IMG/VR virus record: IMGVR_UViG_2936514734_000001
Location: 160,001-224,000 of that record
Strand: one strand, 5' to 3'
Source of the DNA: a virus
Lineage: Duplodnaviria > Caudoviricetes
DNA: 64,000 nucleotides
Shown: positions 1 through 10,058 of the stretch, in pieces
How positions within the stretch are numbered: position 1 is the stretch's first letter
How the letters are laid out: the number at the start of each line of letters is the position of its first letter
Position numbers and translations under genes: made by a program
Notes under the pieces: model-generated
Seen by the model: only the letters and a program-made list of their open reading frames with translations
The model's database searches: none
What the model was told of the DNA's origin: nothing

Positions 1-125
1 TCTTTCATAACAATTACGCATTAAAAATTCAAACAATGTATTGTGATCAACGTCAAAAGAACGTTTTAACCCGTCGTGTTCGTACTCTATATGTGGTAAT
101 TTTTGATCTCCTAATGTAATTTGTA

Positions 126-692
126 TCATGCAATGTTTTCTCTCCCTTCAGGTTCAAGTAATAAGTAAATATATTCGTTTATTTCTCTAAGTTCTAACAA
201 GAATTCAATAGTTGTGTGAACATCTATGCCACCATTGTCTTGCATACCAATCATAAAAGTTGCAGGCTGCCGTGCAAATTCACGAAATATAGGCTCTTCG
301 CTAGTAGCCATAGTTGAATCAGGTAAATATACAAACTCAACTAAGTTACCTCCACCTTTTGAGTGTAGAAGCTGAATGTTTCTAGTAAACTCAAGGAATG
401 CAGGATGATTAGCATATGGAAGTAGTTCTGGTATACGAAATGCACCTAAGATGTAATAATTCCACCCCTCTGCATGTTCATCATGGATTACGCTAGGGAC
501 ATCTATCCATTCAAACTGAAAATCAAACATAAGATCCAGAGAGTTATAAATATCGTGAAGATACAAGTCCATATCATCGTCCAATGAATTTCTTAAGAAA
601 TCTACAAAACGTTCATCCTCTATTCCATGTTTTAATTCAACCGTCTGAATGAATAAATTTTTTTTAATCTCTGCTGCAGAATATTTAAACAT
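126..692 (-). CDS. hypothetical protein
   Basis: 188-aa ORF tightly packed with the co-oriented upstream ORF; no motif recognised. Confidence 0.7.
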   Translation of the reverse strand: MFKYSAAEIKKNLFIQTVELKHGIEDERFVDFLRNSLDDDMDLYLHDIYNSLDLMFDFQFEWIDVPSVIHDEHAEGWNYYILGAFRIPELLPYANHPAFLEFTRNIQLLHSKGGGNLVEFVYLPDSTMATSEEPIFREFARQPATFMIGMQDNGGIDVHTTIEFLLELREINEYIYLLLEPEGRENIA

Positions 693-693
693 A

Positions 694-1341
694 TTAAGCT
701 ACACCTACTTTCTTTCGCTTCTTTATTTCTCCTACAAGATCCTCATAAAATTCACGATAAAACCTTGCGAAATCCATATATGCATTCATAAAGCTAGGGC
801 CGTAATCATCTACCGTGTGACACTCTATGTCGAAATATATAATGAAGGTGTACTTCATATGGTTCATGTACCTTGTGTAGGACTTACTATCTCCTCCAAA
901 AAACTGCGTCATAAAGAATGCTTTGTAGAATTCAAGGAAATTCATGAATGAACCATTCATTCCTTCAAACAATTGATTCATACGTAAGGTCCAATCAATT
1001 TGTTCTTGTTCGCTAAATAGATGGAGATTATCAAACAAAAGACCAAAATGAAAAATGCCACCAAATTCGATGGAGAACTGGTCTTCCACGTTCGCCCTTA
1101 TATTTTCTAAACAACCTGCAAATCCATCTTCGGGCCAATCTAATATCACTGATCCACATAGTCTTGATACGGTTTCAGGAACAAATACAGCAAAAACCAA
1201 ATCATCATACATATCGAAAGTTCCTTTACTAGGTGGCTCTTCTGGATTATCAGACAGAGTATTAACATATTCTTGGCATCTTACATAACTTTCATAGAGT
1301 AAAATATTTTTAAAGTATACAAACCCATAGTCCTTAATCAT
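694..1341 (-). CDS. hypothetical protein
   Basis: 215-aa ORF, ATGA overlap with 1338..1733. Confidence 0.7.
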   Translation of the reverse strand: MIKDYGFVYFKNILLYESYVRCQEYVNTLSDNPEEPPSKGTFDMYDDLVFAVFVPETVSRLCGSVILDWPEDGFAGCLENIRANVEDQFSIEFGGIFHFGLLFDNLHLFSEQEQIDWTLRMNQLFEGMNGSFMNFLEFYKAFFMTQFFGGDSKSYTRYMNHMKYTFIIYFDIECHTVDDYGPSFMNAYMDFARFYREFYEDLVGEIKKRKKVGVA

Positions 1342-1733
1342 ATAAAGTCACTTTCTTCATCAATAAATTCTTTCAATACAGAAGCTTGTTGTTCTACTCC
1401 AAGGCTTCTTCCGAATTCATAGTAATAATCACGTCCATTTGAAGAAGATGCCTTATCCATAATGTCTTGTAAATCATCATTTATATGTTCATATGCTATT
1501 TCTAATATTTCTCCGCTGTATTCATCCAACATACTTTTTGGAAGTTCACCCTGAGTGAAAAGAACCTTATAAATTTTAGCTATCTTTCCGTAGCGGATTA
1601 ACCAATCCATAGGCATGCTCTTATCTAAATTAGCTTCAAATGTAGTAATTAAGTTTGCAACGTTAACTTTTTCTGTTGGTATCTTTTCTACAACAGTAGT
1701 AAGATCTTGAATGCCATGTAATTTTACCTTCAA
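1338..1733 (-). CDS. hypothetical protein
   Basis: 131-aa ORF with 4-bp overlaps at both ends and GGAGG RBS. Confidence 0.7.
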   Translation of the reverse strand: MKVKLHGIQDLTTVVEKIPTEKVNVANLITTFEANLDKSMPMDWLIRYGKIAKIYKVLFTQGELPKSMLDEYSGEILEIAYEHINDDLQDIMDKASSSNGRDYYYEFGRSLGVEQQASVLKEFIDEESDFI

Positions 1734-1948
1734 TGTACTTCCTCCTTTGTAAGAGAATTTATAAGGCTATTAAAGTACTTATCATCGGCTCCCAACTGTT
1801 CTGCTAATTCACGTAATGCAATAGATTTACCGTATTCTACATTCATTTTTTGAAAATCATTAAACTTTCTATATTCATCAGCTTTTACTTCAGCCATGAC
1901 TATATTTAAAGCGATTATATTCAATATCTTTATTTGAGCTATAAACAT
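1730..1948 (-). CDS. hypothetical protein
   Basis: 72-aa ORF with AGGAGTGA RBS. Confidence 0.65.
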   Translation of the reverse strand: MFIAQIKILNIIALNIVMAEVKADEYRKFNDFQKMNVEYGKSIALRELAEQLGADDKYFNSLINSLTKEEVH

Positions 1949-2007
1949 AAAATCACTCCTTCTAAAAAAGTAAAACCGCTACTGTACTAAGCAGCGGTTC
2001 ATGTTTA

Positions 2008-2118
2008 TTATTTATTCGGACGCTTGATTACAATATCTCCGTCAATTAATCCTCGAATGATAGTAATTGTAAGCGCAAAAGATATTATCGTAGAAATAAC
2101 TGTAATGAAACTAGTCAA
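2008..2118 (-). CDS. small hydrophobic peptide (36 aa, MTSFITVISTIISFALTITIIRGLIDGDIVIKRPNK), absent from the ORF track
   Basis: Translated by hand: TTG start after GGAGGTGA RBS, one TM-like segment. Confidence 0.55.
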   Translation of the reverse strand: MTSFITVISTIISFALTITIIRGLIDGDIVIKRPNK

Positions 2119-2141
2119 AAGATCACCTCCTGAAGATTTAA

Positions 2142-3026
2142 TTAATAATCATCATTATCTTCTAAATATCTGCGTTTCATTTCATCAGTAATAGAGATAA
2201 CTTTCTTAGCTAAAACATTATGCATTTCAAATTCTTCAGCTTGACTCCCCATTCCGCTTTGAATACTCCAATGTTTTCGAAGTCGCAACAACATAATCTG
2301 CATCGAGATAAGATCAATGATTGCATCTGCTAATTCTAAATTGTTTGATTTAGCTACTTCCATAACTAAAGACTTCATTAGATACCAACCATCTGCAGAA
2401 GATGAAACAGCTTCAATAAAGATATTTCCTGCACCTTCATTAAAATGGTGTAAGCTATAAGGGAAATCTAATTTTCTTTTTTCATCTTTAAAAACATCTG
2501 GATACTTCTCTTCAAGTTCCTCTCTTAGCTGTTTAATTTCCTGCTCATATTTAGAGACAAATAATTCAGCACCTTGTCTGTATTGTAATCGTAGGTGTTT
2601 GATGTTATCTGATAGAGTGTCAAACACGTCTTGACGCACCATCATAAAACCAATATCTTTATAAACACCTCGTTCAATATAATCATTGATTAATTCATCA
2701 AGATTTGCAGGCTTGCCATTGAGTCTATTATGATTTAATTCTTCTTCATCAATTTTGAAATTGATATTGTCACTCATTAAGTGGGTAAATGCTATTTCAT
2801 GAAGACCTGTAAAATTCTCTACACCGCCATAATCATTGTATTCACCATAGATAGGCATAGAGATTGGAAACCATTGATCCCACGGATAACAAAAACCACC
2901 TGAATTTGTTTCTGCATGTTTTTGATGTTTTAAAACAAAAAGAACTACTTTCTCCCCGCTTAAAATTGGTAAATTACTTAATCCACATGTACCATTCCAA
3001 CAACCCATTATAATTACCCCCGTCAT
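2142..3026 (-). CDS. hypothetical phage protein
   Basis: 294-aa ORF; likely starts at MGCWNGTCGLSNLPI. Confidence 0.75.
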   Translation of the reverse strand: MTGVIIMGCWNGTCGLSNLPILSGEKVVLFVLKHQKHAETNSGGFCYPWDQWFPISMPIYGEYNDYGGVENFTGLHEIAFTHLMSDNINFKIDEEELNHNRLNGKPANLDELINDYIERGVYKDIGFMMVRQDVFDTLSDNIKHLRLQYRQGAELFVSKYEQEIKQLREELEEKYPDVFKDEKRKLDFPYSLHHFNEGAGNIFIEAVSSSADGWYLMKSLVMEVAKSNNLELADAIIDLISMQIMLLRLRKHWSIQSGMGSQAEEFEMHNVLAKKVISITDEMKRRYLEDNDDY

Positions 3027-3028
3027 TT

Positions 3029-3355
3029 TTAATTTGATTCTATATATAATTCTTTAAAACGTTTTGTATTGATTACGTTAATTTGATTGTCAGTAATAAC
3101 AACCCAATCATTATGTTTAACACGAACTCTTTGTTCATTGATTACCACGTAAGGAATAAGATCCTTTTTTGGTCTTCTAAACAATTTTCGTTGTCTTTCA
3201 AATTCTTCAAGCGATAAGTCTTCGCTATATATCCAGTTCTGGTTGAACCAAGTGCGAGTATTAAAGCATACTCCAGCTTCTTGGCCACGCTTGAATTGAA
3301 AGGCTTGTACCTTTTTAGGCTCAACAGGTTTCTCCTGATAAGTAGTAAGGTTCAT
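3029..3355 (-). CDS. hypothetical phage protein
   Basis: 108-aa ORF, GGAGGT RBS. Confidence 0.7.
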   Translation of the reverse strand: MNLTTYQEKPVEPKKVQAFQFKRGQEAGVCFNTRTWFNQNWIYSEDLSLEEFERQRKLFRRPKKDLIPYVVINEQRVRVKHNDWVVITDNQINVINTKRFKELYIESN

Positions 3356-3469
3356 GTTGCTACCTCCATATTTTTATGTTTACAAGCAGCGGTTCGACAT
3401 CGCTAGGTCAAATCGTTGTTTCTAAACATAAAGAAAGGAACGCCCCAGTTAAGGAGCAATTCCTTCATT

Positions 3470-3832
3470 CTAGATAACAAACCCAACGTAAGGTTCACTA
3501 TCAATAGTTTTTATAATTTCCATATCCATAAACTTTTCAACGATATTAGAAGTATCCGTGTAATCATGGTAAAAATTCGTGTTAGACACTAACTTCATAT
3601 AGTCGTTATGCATTACGAATAATTTATTTGGGTAAATACCATTTCTTCTTACAAATTCATGGTATTTGTAAAAAATCGCATCTACAAGATCGCGTGTTTT
3701 AAATTTATATCTGTCACGTCGGGCATAATCCATAATTTCATCTACCTCTTCATGATATCCACGAAAAGGAGTGCCAATGTATTCACTTGCAAACACTGGA
3801 TTATTGCCTATAAATCTAGTGTCGCCTGACAT
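3470..3832 (-). CDS. hypothetical protein
   Basis: 120-aa ORF following the AIPR-like gene. Confidence 0.65.
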   Translation of the reverse strand: MSGDTRFIGNNPVFASEYIGTPFRGYHEEVDEIMDYARRDRYKFKTRDLVDAIFYKYHEFVRRNGIYPNKLFVMHNDYMKLVSNTNFYHDYTDTSNIVEKFMDMEIIKTIDSEPYVGFVI

Positions 3833-3837
3833 TGTAA

Positions 3838-4971
3838 TTAACCTACTCGACGTTTTACTACAGGGCGAGGAGCTAATTGAGCATGGATTAGGCGAGAATG
3901 CTTTAATACACGTTTACGTACTGAATCTTTACGAATGATATCTGATGCATTTCCATCTTCTACAGATACAATATCAAATACTTTTTTAAATAATTCATCT
4001 ACGAATAACTTACGTTGTTCGTATGTTGCATATTGTTGCTTCCATTTAACAACACCATTGCGATTTACTTCTACACCAACACTTGCTAGTCCAGCTACTA
4101 GAAGTAATCCAATACCTTTTAAAATACCTGTTTTCTTTTCAGCACCACGTTTTTTAATCCAGTTTTGACCTACGCTAGACTTAAGTGGTTTTAGTTGGAT
4201 AACAAATTCTTCATTAAATAATGCATATGATGCAATTTCATGAACATCTTTCGCAATCCATTTAAGAGTATTTTCAAAGAATGTGCTTGAAGCATTTACA
4301 CGATTTAAGAAGCTAACGTTAGCATGTTCTGATTGTTCGATATTTAATAGAATATCAATTTTCTTAGTTTCACCATCATGTTTGAATAAGTTTAAGAAAG
4401 CAACTTCTTCCTTAATTTCAACAGTGCCAGAATCACCTTCGTGATAAATAACGTCTGCTGCTTTTTCTTCAATACAGTTTTTGTGCCAATCAAAAGCACC
4501 TTCTTTATTTTTTAAGCTGTATACTTGTAGTCGTTTATTTAAGTTTAGAGCTTCAGCTACTTTACCGATATTTGCTCTATTAATACCAATTTCAATTGTT
4601 ACTTTTACTTGGCTTACATCTCTACCATGTGCTTTTAATGCGTGGTATGTATGTCCACCATTCGCAATGCCATCTTCATCACCAAACGTAATTGTGAAAG
4701 AACCATCACCATTTGAATCACAAGATGAAGCAAAGATTGTAATACCACTAGAATTCTTGCGAGCAAACATTTCAGGTTCAGAAATTAGAGTCTTAACCAT
4801 TTCTTTATAGTTGAGGTTTGCTTCCCCGATAAATTGACGTGGATTTGGCTTTGTTGGAAGTTCTAACCCTACAAAACTATCACCGCGTACTGTACCTACC
4901 ATTTGTTTTGAACCATCTGAAAAAGTTGTCTCTACAAATTTTGCATTTCTTAATACTACTGAATTTGTCAT
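3838..4971 (-). CDS. AIPR-like (ParB/Srx-related fold) protein
   Basis: FARKNSSGITI and GIANGGHT resemble the AIPR F..NNGITI and IVNG.QT motifs. Confidence 0.55.
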   Translation of the reverse strand: MTNSVVLRNAKFVETTFSDGSKQMVGTVRGDSFVGLELPTKPNPRQFIGEANLNYKEMVKTLISEPEMFARKNSSGITIFASSCDSNGDGSFTITFGDEDGIANGGHTYHALKAHGRDVSQVKVTIEIGINRANIGKVAEALNLNKRLQVYSLKNKEGAFDWHKNCIEEKAADVIYHEGDSGTVEIKEEVAFLNLFKHDGETKKIDILLNIEQSEHANVSFLNRVNASSTFFENTLKWIAKDVHEIASYALFNEEFVIQLKPLKSSVGQNWIKKRGAEKKTGILKGIGLLLVAGLASVGVEVNRNGVVKWKQQYATYEQRKLFVDELFKKVFDIVSVEDGNASDIIRKDSVRKRVLKHSRLIHAQLAPRPVVKRRVG

Positions 4972-5251
4972 AATAAAATCATACTCCCTGTCCTCTATTT
5001 GCTAAGTAACGTAAGCATTTATATATATGAATTCAAGGGCCATTTTTCCTATTTAGTCAAATTAAAGCATAGAAAAAATAAAAAAGAGTGACCGGTTAAG
5101 ATCACTCTGTTATTCAAAAGTTATTTAGATTTTTTACATTTTAAAAGCCTATATGTTAAAAAAATAACCCTTGAAGGATTTTATTTTATTGTAAAACACT
5201 ATTTTCCACTAGAATGAACTAGAAAAAAATATATTTTAATTCAAACTAGTG

Positions 5252-5719
5252 TTAATTCACAACAGCATATAATTCATGCTCATATGAACCAGTATATTTA
5301 TCACCAGAAAAATCCACTACGGTAAGTGTCCGAATGGATGGGTGGGATTCTTTTATAATATTATAAACTTCATCAATTGAAGAATAGCAAGGATCTCCTA
5401 ATTTAGAAGGTGTACTTTTTAGATGTATTTCAGCTGTTCCATTTCCAAAGTCATGAATACGGAAATAGATTCTTTTGATGTTTTTAGAATCATCATAATA
5501 GCGAAAACGGTAGTTGTTTTCAACTACATATGTTTCAATACCTTCTTTTTTTAACCGCTGAATATTCTCCTCCATTGAATACCCCAACCAGCTTACTAAT
5601 AAGTAACCACCAATAAACAGGTCTGCCTCATAATTAATTGATATTTTGACAGCCTCTAATAAGTCATCTGTTGGCAGTTGCTGTTTGCGTCCATAGCTTG
5701 GGCACATGTAATAAGGCAT
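5252..5719 (-). CDS. hypothetical protein
   Basis: 155-aa ORF with AAGGGG RBS. Confidence 0.65.
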   Translation of the reverse strand: MPYYMCPSYGRKQQLPTDDLLEAVKISINYEADLFIGGYLLVSWLGYSMEENIQRLKKEGIETYVVENNYRFRYYDDSKNIKRIYFRIHDFGNGTAEIHLKSTPSKLGDPCYSSIDEVYNIIKESHPSIRTLTVVDFSGDKYTGSYEHELYAVVN

Positions 5720-5962
5720 AGTATCTTCCCCTTTATTAAATTATTTCTATATAGATTATTTCTTTTTCTTTTTACGTGGTAATCCGTATTTGTCGCCTGT
5801 CTCTAAACATTCTTTTGCAAGTTTCTTCGCGTCTGAAGAACTAAGTTTAATCTTGATTGCCATCTTAAATCGCCTCCTGGTTCCCCAGTATGTCCAAAAA
5901 AAATAATTTTATACATACTCCCCCATCCCCTCTCATAATCATAAAAGTGTTAGACACTTAGA

Positions 5963-6643
5963 TTGTGTCCCAAACTTAAAATACGATTTTTGGAGGGAAA
6001 TAGAATGGGTGAGACAAAGAGGAAGGTCAGAAGTGATCGCAAAAAAGATGTGAAGCCGACAGTCGATATTGAACTTTACGAATGCGTTTCACGAATCTCA
6101 CATATTACGAAAACACCAATCAAAGATGTTGGTGAAATATTTTGCAAACATGGATTGTATTCTAAGAAAGTAATTGATAATTTATCACAATATTTTAGAA
6201 GGAACATTCAATTCAACAATACCTTGTATATGGGAAATCGTGAATTACTTTCTGAGCGTGTAACTCGAAAGCCTAGTGAGAATAGAACTCGAATCACAAT
6301 TCGTTTTAGACAAGAAGTATATGACCACATATCTGATTTAGCTTATGCATTAGATCGTACTGTTTCTACAACAGTAGCTATGCTATTAGATGCAGCAGTT
6401 CGGAACACAGATATTCTTAATCAATATGTCGGTGAATATGTTGACGAAGTTCTAGATGACAATCGAAAAAAAGAATTAAGGCATGTCCTAAAATATATAA
6501 ACAAAAATAATCCATATGAAGATGAAGTTACACTTTATCACCTTATTAATAACATAATGGATAAAGCGGTAGACAAAACCATTAACGCACGAATTGCTAT
6601 TGATTCATGGTTAGACCAAGTTATTGACAGGGAAGAGGATTAA
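5963..6643 (+). CDS. putative DNA-binding protein (ribbon-helix-helix-like); start probably ATG 6005
   Basis: Basic N-terminus (RKVRSDRKKDVKP); RITIRF..EVYD.I..LA..LDRTVS resembles RHH; lone plus-strand gene in this arm. Confidence 0.55.
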   Translation: MCPKLKIRFLEGNRMGETKRKVRSDRKKDVKPTVDIELYECVSRISHITKTPIKDVGEIFCKHGLYSKKVIDNLSQYFRRNIQFNNTLYMGNRELLSERVTRKPSENRTRITIRFRQEVYDHISDLAYALDRTVSTTVAMLLDAAVRNTDILNQYVGEYVDEVLDDNRKKELRHVLKYINKNNPYEDEVTLYHLINNIMDKAVDKTINARIAIDSWLDQVIDREED

Positions 6644-7062
6644 GCTAATGCTTCCCTCTCCTGCTGTTTCAATAACTCTTCAATGTAATTCTTAAAGGTA
6701 TCACCACACCCGACCATTCCACGGAAAGAAATGGATTCGAATGCTTCAATTTTGCCATCATTATGTTTATAGCATGTCCACCATTCGTCTCCACCATTCA
6801 CTTGGTTCACAAATAGTAAACGATCATAAGCAAAAGCAGAGCGAATAGACCAATTCCCTTGCTCGAATTTCTTTTCTAGTTCTTCAATCGTTTGGCAAGT
6901 GTGAAGACCATAATCATAATCAAGCTCCATTAATGGATCATCTTGAAAATCATAGCCACCTATTTTTAGCCATGGATTCTCTTGGCATTTATTTTTGACT
7001 TCTTCTTCTGTATAGAAAGGCTTTATCGTTTTTACTTCACTCATTTTATTCTCTCCTTTCAA
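6640..7062 (-). CDS. hypothetical phage protein
   Basis: 140-aa ORF with a VNQVNGGDEWW motif. Confidence 0.7.
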   Translation of the reverse strand: MKGENKMSEVKTIKPFYTEEEVKNKCQENPWLKIGGYDFQDDPLMELDYDYGLHTCQTIEELEKKFEQGNWSIRSAFAYDRLLFVNQVNGGDEWWTCYKHNDGKIEAFESISFRGMVGCGDTFKNYIEELLKQQEREALA

Positions 7063-7077
7063 TAAAAAAAGAGCAGG

Positions 7078-7566
7078 TTATACCCGCTCTCCTGTCATTA
7101 AATCTGTTCTTAATTGGGTTAATACTTCACCTAACCAGTTCTTACCTTTCCATTTACTTCTATCGAAGCGGTCAGGATGATCTGGGCCCAGTTTAATTCC
7201 CCAAATAGCATCAAACGGACTAGCTTCTACCAGTGTCGTTCCTGCTGTTTCATATAAGGCATGTAATAGTTTTGGATTCTGAGTAAACTTTAGAAAGTTT
7301 CCTTGATACACAACATCTTTACATTTCTTGTCCCACAGTTCTTTATTAAAAGGCTTAACTTGACGACCCAATGCTTTATACTTTTTCGGATTATATGGTG
7401 TTGCCATAATCTCCGCCGCCGTTGCTTGATCCCCCATCATTTCAGCCTTTTTAAACATCATGTATTGTTCCGCACAAGTAAACAATAAATCTCCTAGTCT
7501 AAAAATAGCAGGATGAAACTGTGAGAATGGCGACTTGTCTTGCCAAAAGAATGTAAACTTCTCCAT
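7078..7566 (-). CDS. NADAR family (YbiA-like) ADP-ribose/N-glycosidase
   Basis: FSQF, AEQYMM.KKA, KFTQN, LVEASPFDAIWGI and GKNWLG motifs. Confidence 0.9.
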   Translation of the reverse strand: MEKFTFFWQDKSPFSQFHPAIFRLGDLLFTCAEQYMMFKKAEMMGDQATAAEIMATPYNPKKYKALGRQVKPFNKELWDKKCKDVVYQGNFLKFTQNPKLLHALYETAGTTLVEASPFDAIWGIKLGPDHPDRFDRSKWKGKNWLGEVLTQLRTDLMTGERV

Positions 7567-7580
7567 TAATTAATTCTCCC

Positions 7581-8588
7581 TTAATTTCCGAGTTTGTATG
7601 TGTAGATACGAACAAAAAAGGCTTCAGCCGCTTCTTCTAAAATACCCTTAACGATATTCCAGTCTCCACCGCCACGAGCACAACCAATAAACTTAGGAAC
7701 GCCAACCTTTAAGTCTGATATATTATGGGTACGTTTCTTCAAATCTTCCAAATAACTAAAGATAGCAGAGCGTAATGCTTCATAATCAGTGTGTTGTATG
7801 TCTGTTCCATATCTAAATTGTCCATAAAGATTTACAACCTCAACAGGCTTTAGTTGGTTTTGTACACGAGCATACGTATATTTACCAAGCTTTTCTTTAG
7901 GTGAAAGCGGTGATTCACAATCTACTTTATACACTTCCGGAAAAGTTTTTTTGATCTGTTTTGCAATACCTGAACCCATTGTTGACTGACAGTTTGCTTG
8001 ATGCATCATCACGTCACAATCACTCTTCAATAAGTCTCCTTTTACTTCAACCACCAATGCCATAGGATTCACCTCTATAATCTTTTTCTCTTTCTTTTTG
8101 GCATAATTAACACAATTAGAGGTGCCACCTTTTGAACCATCAAATATAGCAATTAATTCATCACATGAATTAACCATATACTCATTACGAACCTGCATTA
8201 GATATGGTTGATAATACATAGTACTTGTATAAGTAACAAAATCAGCTTGATCTACAATACTGTGCCACATTTTCTGTGATTCTTTAGGCCATTTCTTTTC
8301 ATGATTCATACAGGGGATAGCAGCTTCAAACTGAACAGGAAATCCCTGCTTCTTTAACTTGAGAGCTACTAATGCAAAAATTGTATCGGCACCTAATGCC
8401 ATCCCACCTATAGCAATGATCTTTTTCCCCTGTTTTATATGGGAAAGAAGATGTTCTCGTAGTTTAAAAGCAATCGCTATATTAACAGGACTATAATAGT
8501 CATATCCTCCAAGACGGCTAGGTCTATGACCAGTAAGGGCTATTCTAATTGTTTGTTTTCCAGCCAAAATAATCTCCTCCTTATTCAA
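7581..8588 (-). CDS. SLOG (YspA/DUF1273-like) domain fused to a C-terminal macrodomain; start probably TTG 8567
   Basis: N-part IALTGHRP, GGMALGAD, RNEYMV, GGT..CV.YA; C-part GDLL..HQANC..MGSGIA, NLYGQ, IGCARGGGDW. Confidence 0.8.
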   Translation of the reverse strand: MNKEEIILAGKQTIRIALTGHRPSRLGGYDYYSPVNIAIAFKLREHLLSHIKQGKKIIAIGGMALGADTIFALVALKLKKQGFPVQFEAAIPCMNHEKKWPKESQKMWHSIVDQADFVTYTSTMYYQPYLMQVRNEYMVNSCDELIAIFDGSKGGTSNCVNYAKKKEKKIIEVNPMALVVEVKGDLLKSDCDVMMHQANCQSTMGSGIAKQIKKTFPEVYKVDCESPLSPKEKLGKYTYARVQNQLKPVEVVNLYGQFRYGTDIQHTDYEALRSAIFSYLEDLKKRTHNISDLKVGVPKFIGCARGGGDWNIVKGILEEAAEAFFVRIYTYKLGN

Positions 8589-8645
8589 AACAGGTGGAGG
8601 CGTTAGCCTCCGTCCTAATAGAAGGAGTGCTAATCTCCAATTTAA

Positions 8646-9854
8646 TTAATGCGCCTTAAAGTTATAAAGCGGCTTAATAATATTATCAATAACAATTGAG
8701 TCTTTTACGTTTTGAACAATTTCCTCTATTGGCTTGTATACCATAGGAGCTTCATCTAGCGTAGATTGCTCTACAGATGTTGTCCATACACCAGACATTG
8801 TTTCTTTAAATTCATCTAATGACAGTTTTTCCTTAGCTTTAGAACGAGACATGATACGTCCAGCTCCGTGCGGTGCTGAGAAATTCCAATCCGGATTGCC
8901 AAGACCTGTAGCAATAATACTACCATCTCTCATATTGATAGGAATGATTACACGTTCTCCTTTTTGTGCAGAAATTGCACCTTTACGAAGAATCATATTT
9001 TCCATGTCAATGTAGTTATGGATAGTAGTAAAATCATCTATTACATTCCAGTCCATGCGTGTAACTATTTCATCAATCATTGCCTTACGATTAAGAAGTG
9101 CATAATGCTGTGCAATCTTCATATCATTCATGTAATCGTCAAAAAGTTGGCCTTCTGCATAAGCAAGTTCCTTTTGAATTTTCGGTTTCTTGATATTTTT
9201 AAGTGCATCTTGAATTTCAGATTGACGACCAGCAGCTATTAATTCAGCAATTAAGCGATCTTTTTCATGTTTTACATTCATCAATTCATCATAAGCACGA
9301 TTTTGATAATGCTCAGCTATTTGTTTTCCTAGATTACGAGAACCCGAGTGAATTACAAGAACGACCTTATCATCTAATTCATTAAGCTCAATAAAATGAT
9401 TTCCTCCGCCTAGTGTCCCAATAGAATCCTTAGCACGATCTAGATTAAATGGTGCTCGAACGTTTCTAAAATCTACGCGTTTAGATAATAGGTGTCGTTG
9501 ACTATTAGAGCGAACACTAAATCCGCTTGGAACATGTTTGCGAATAACATCATCAAGCTGGTCAAAATTAACTTCTGTTTTGTTCTTATCAATAATTGCT
9601 ACTTCCATACCACAGCCAATATCAACACCAACTAAATTAGGAACAATCTTGTCTTGAATAGTCATTGTTGTGCCAATCGTACATCCAGCACCAGCATGTG
9701 TATCAGGCATAATACGAATCTGACTGTCTTTTACAAATTCTTGATTACATAGCTGAACAATTTGAGACATAGCTGTAGTTTCTACATTGTCAGTGAACAC
9801 TTTTGCTGTATTATATTTACCTGTTAGTTCTATCATTGGTATCATTCTCCCCAT
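8646..9854 (-). CDS. rtcB: RtcB family RNA ligase
   Basis: MPDTHAG, VGVDIGCG, GTLGGGNHFIE, HSGSR, HNY, RKGA, HGAGR.MSR and DEAP..YK motifs. Confidence 0.95.
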   Translation of the reverse strand: MGRMIPMIELTGKYNTAKVFTDNVETTAMSQIVQLCNQEFVKDSQIRIMPDTHAGAGCTIGTTMTIQDKIVPNLVGVDIGCGMEVAIIDKNKTEVNFDQLDDVIRKHVPSGFSVRSNSQRHLLSKRVDFRNVRAPFNLDRAKDSIGTLGGGNHFIELNELDDKVVLVIHSGSRNLGKQIAEHYQNRAYDELMNVKHEKDRLIAELIAAGRQSEIQDALKNIKKPKIQKELAYAEGQLFDDYMNDMKIAQHYALLNRKAMIDEIVTRMDWNVIDDFTTIHNYIDMENMILRKGAISAQKGERVIIPINMRDGSIIATGLGNPDWNFSAPHGAGRIMSRSKAKEKLSLDEFKETMSGVWTTSVEQSTLDEAPMVYKPIEEIVQNVKDSIVIDNIIKPLYNFKAH

Positions 9855-10020
9855 TCTGTTGTGCTTTCGGATTAAACCCTTCTACTATATCAAAAGATAC
9901 TTCTTTTCTGCCGTACATTTCACAAGCCACTACATAATCTCTAAATAGTTCATTCATATACTCTAACGGTCCATAACCATAAAAGTTTCCATTTAGATAA
10001 CAAGTGTATTTTTTACTCAT
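9817..10020 (-). CDS. hypothetical protein
   Basis: 67-aa ORF between dnaE and rtcB. Confidence 0.55.
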   Translation of the reverse strand: MSKKYTCYLNGNFYGYGPLEYMNELFRDYVVACEMYGRKEVSFDIVEGFNPKAQQNGENDTNDRTNR

Positions 10021-10058
10021 TAATCATCTCACTTACTTTCTTTTAAAAGAAGTGGCAT

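Noticed and set aside
5204-5215. TTCCACTAGAAT as a dif/Xer site
   Set aside because: It resembles only part of one arm of the Bacillus dif site, lacks the second arm and occurs in many phased copies.
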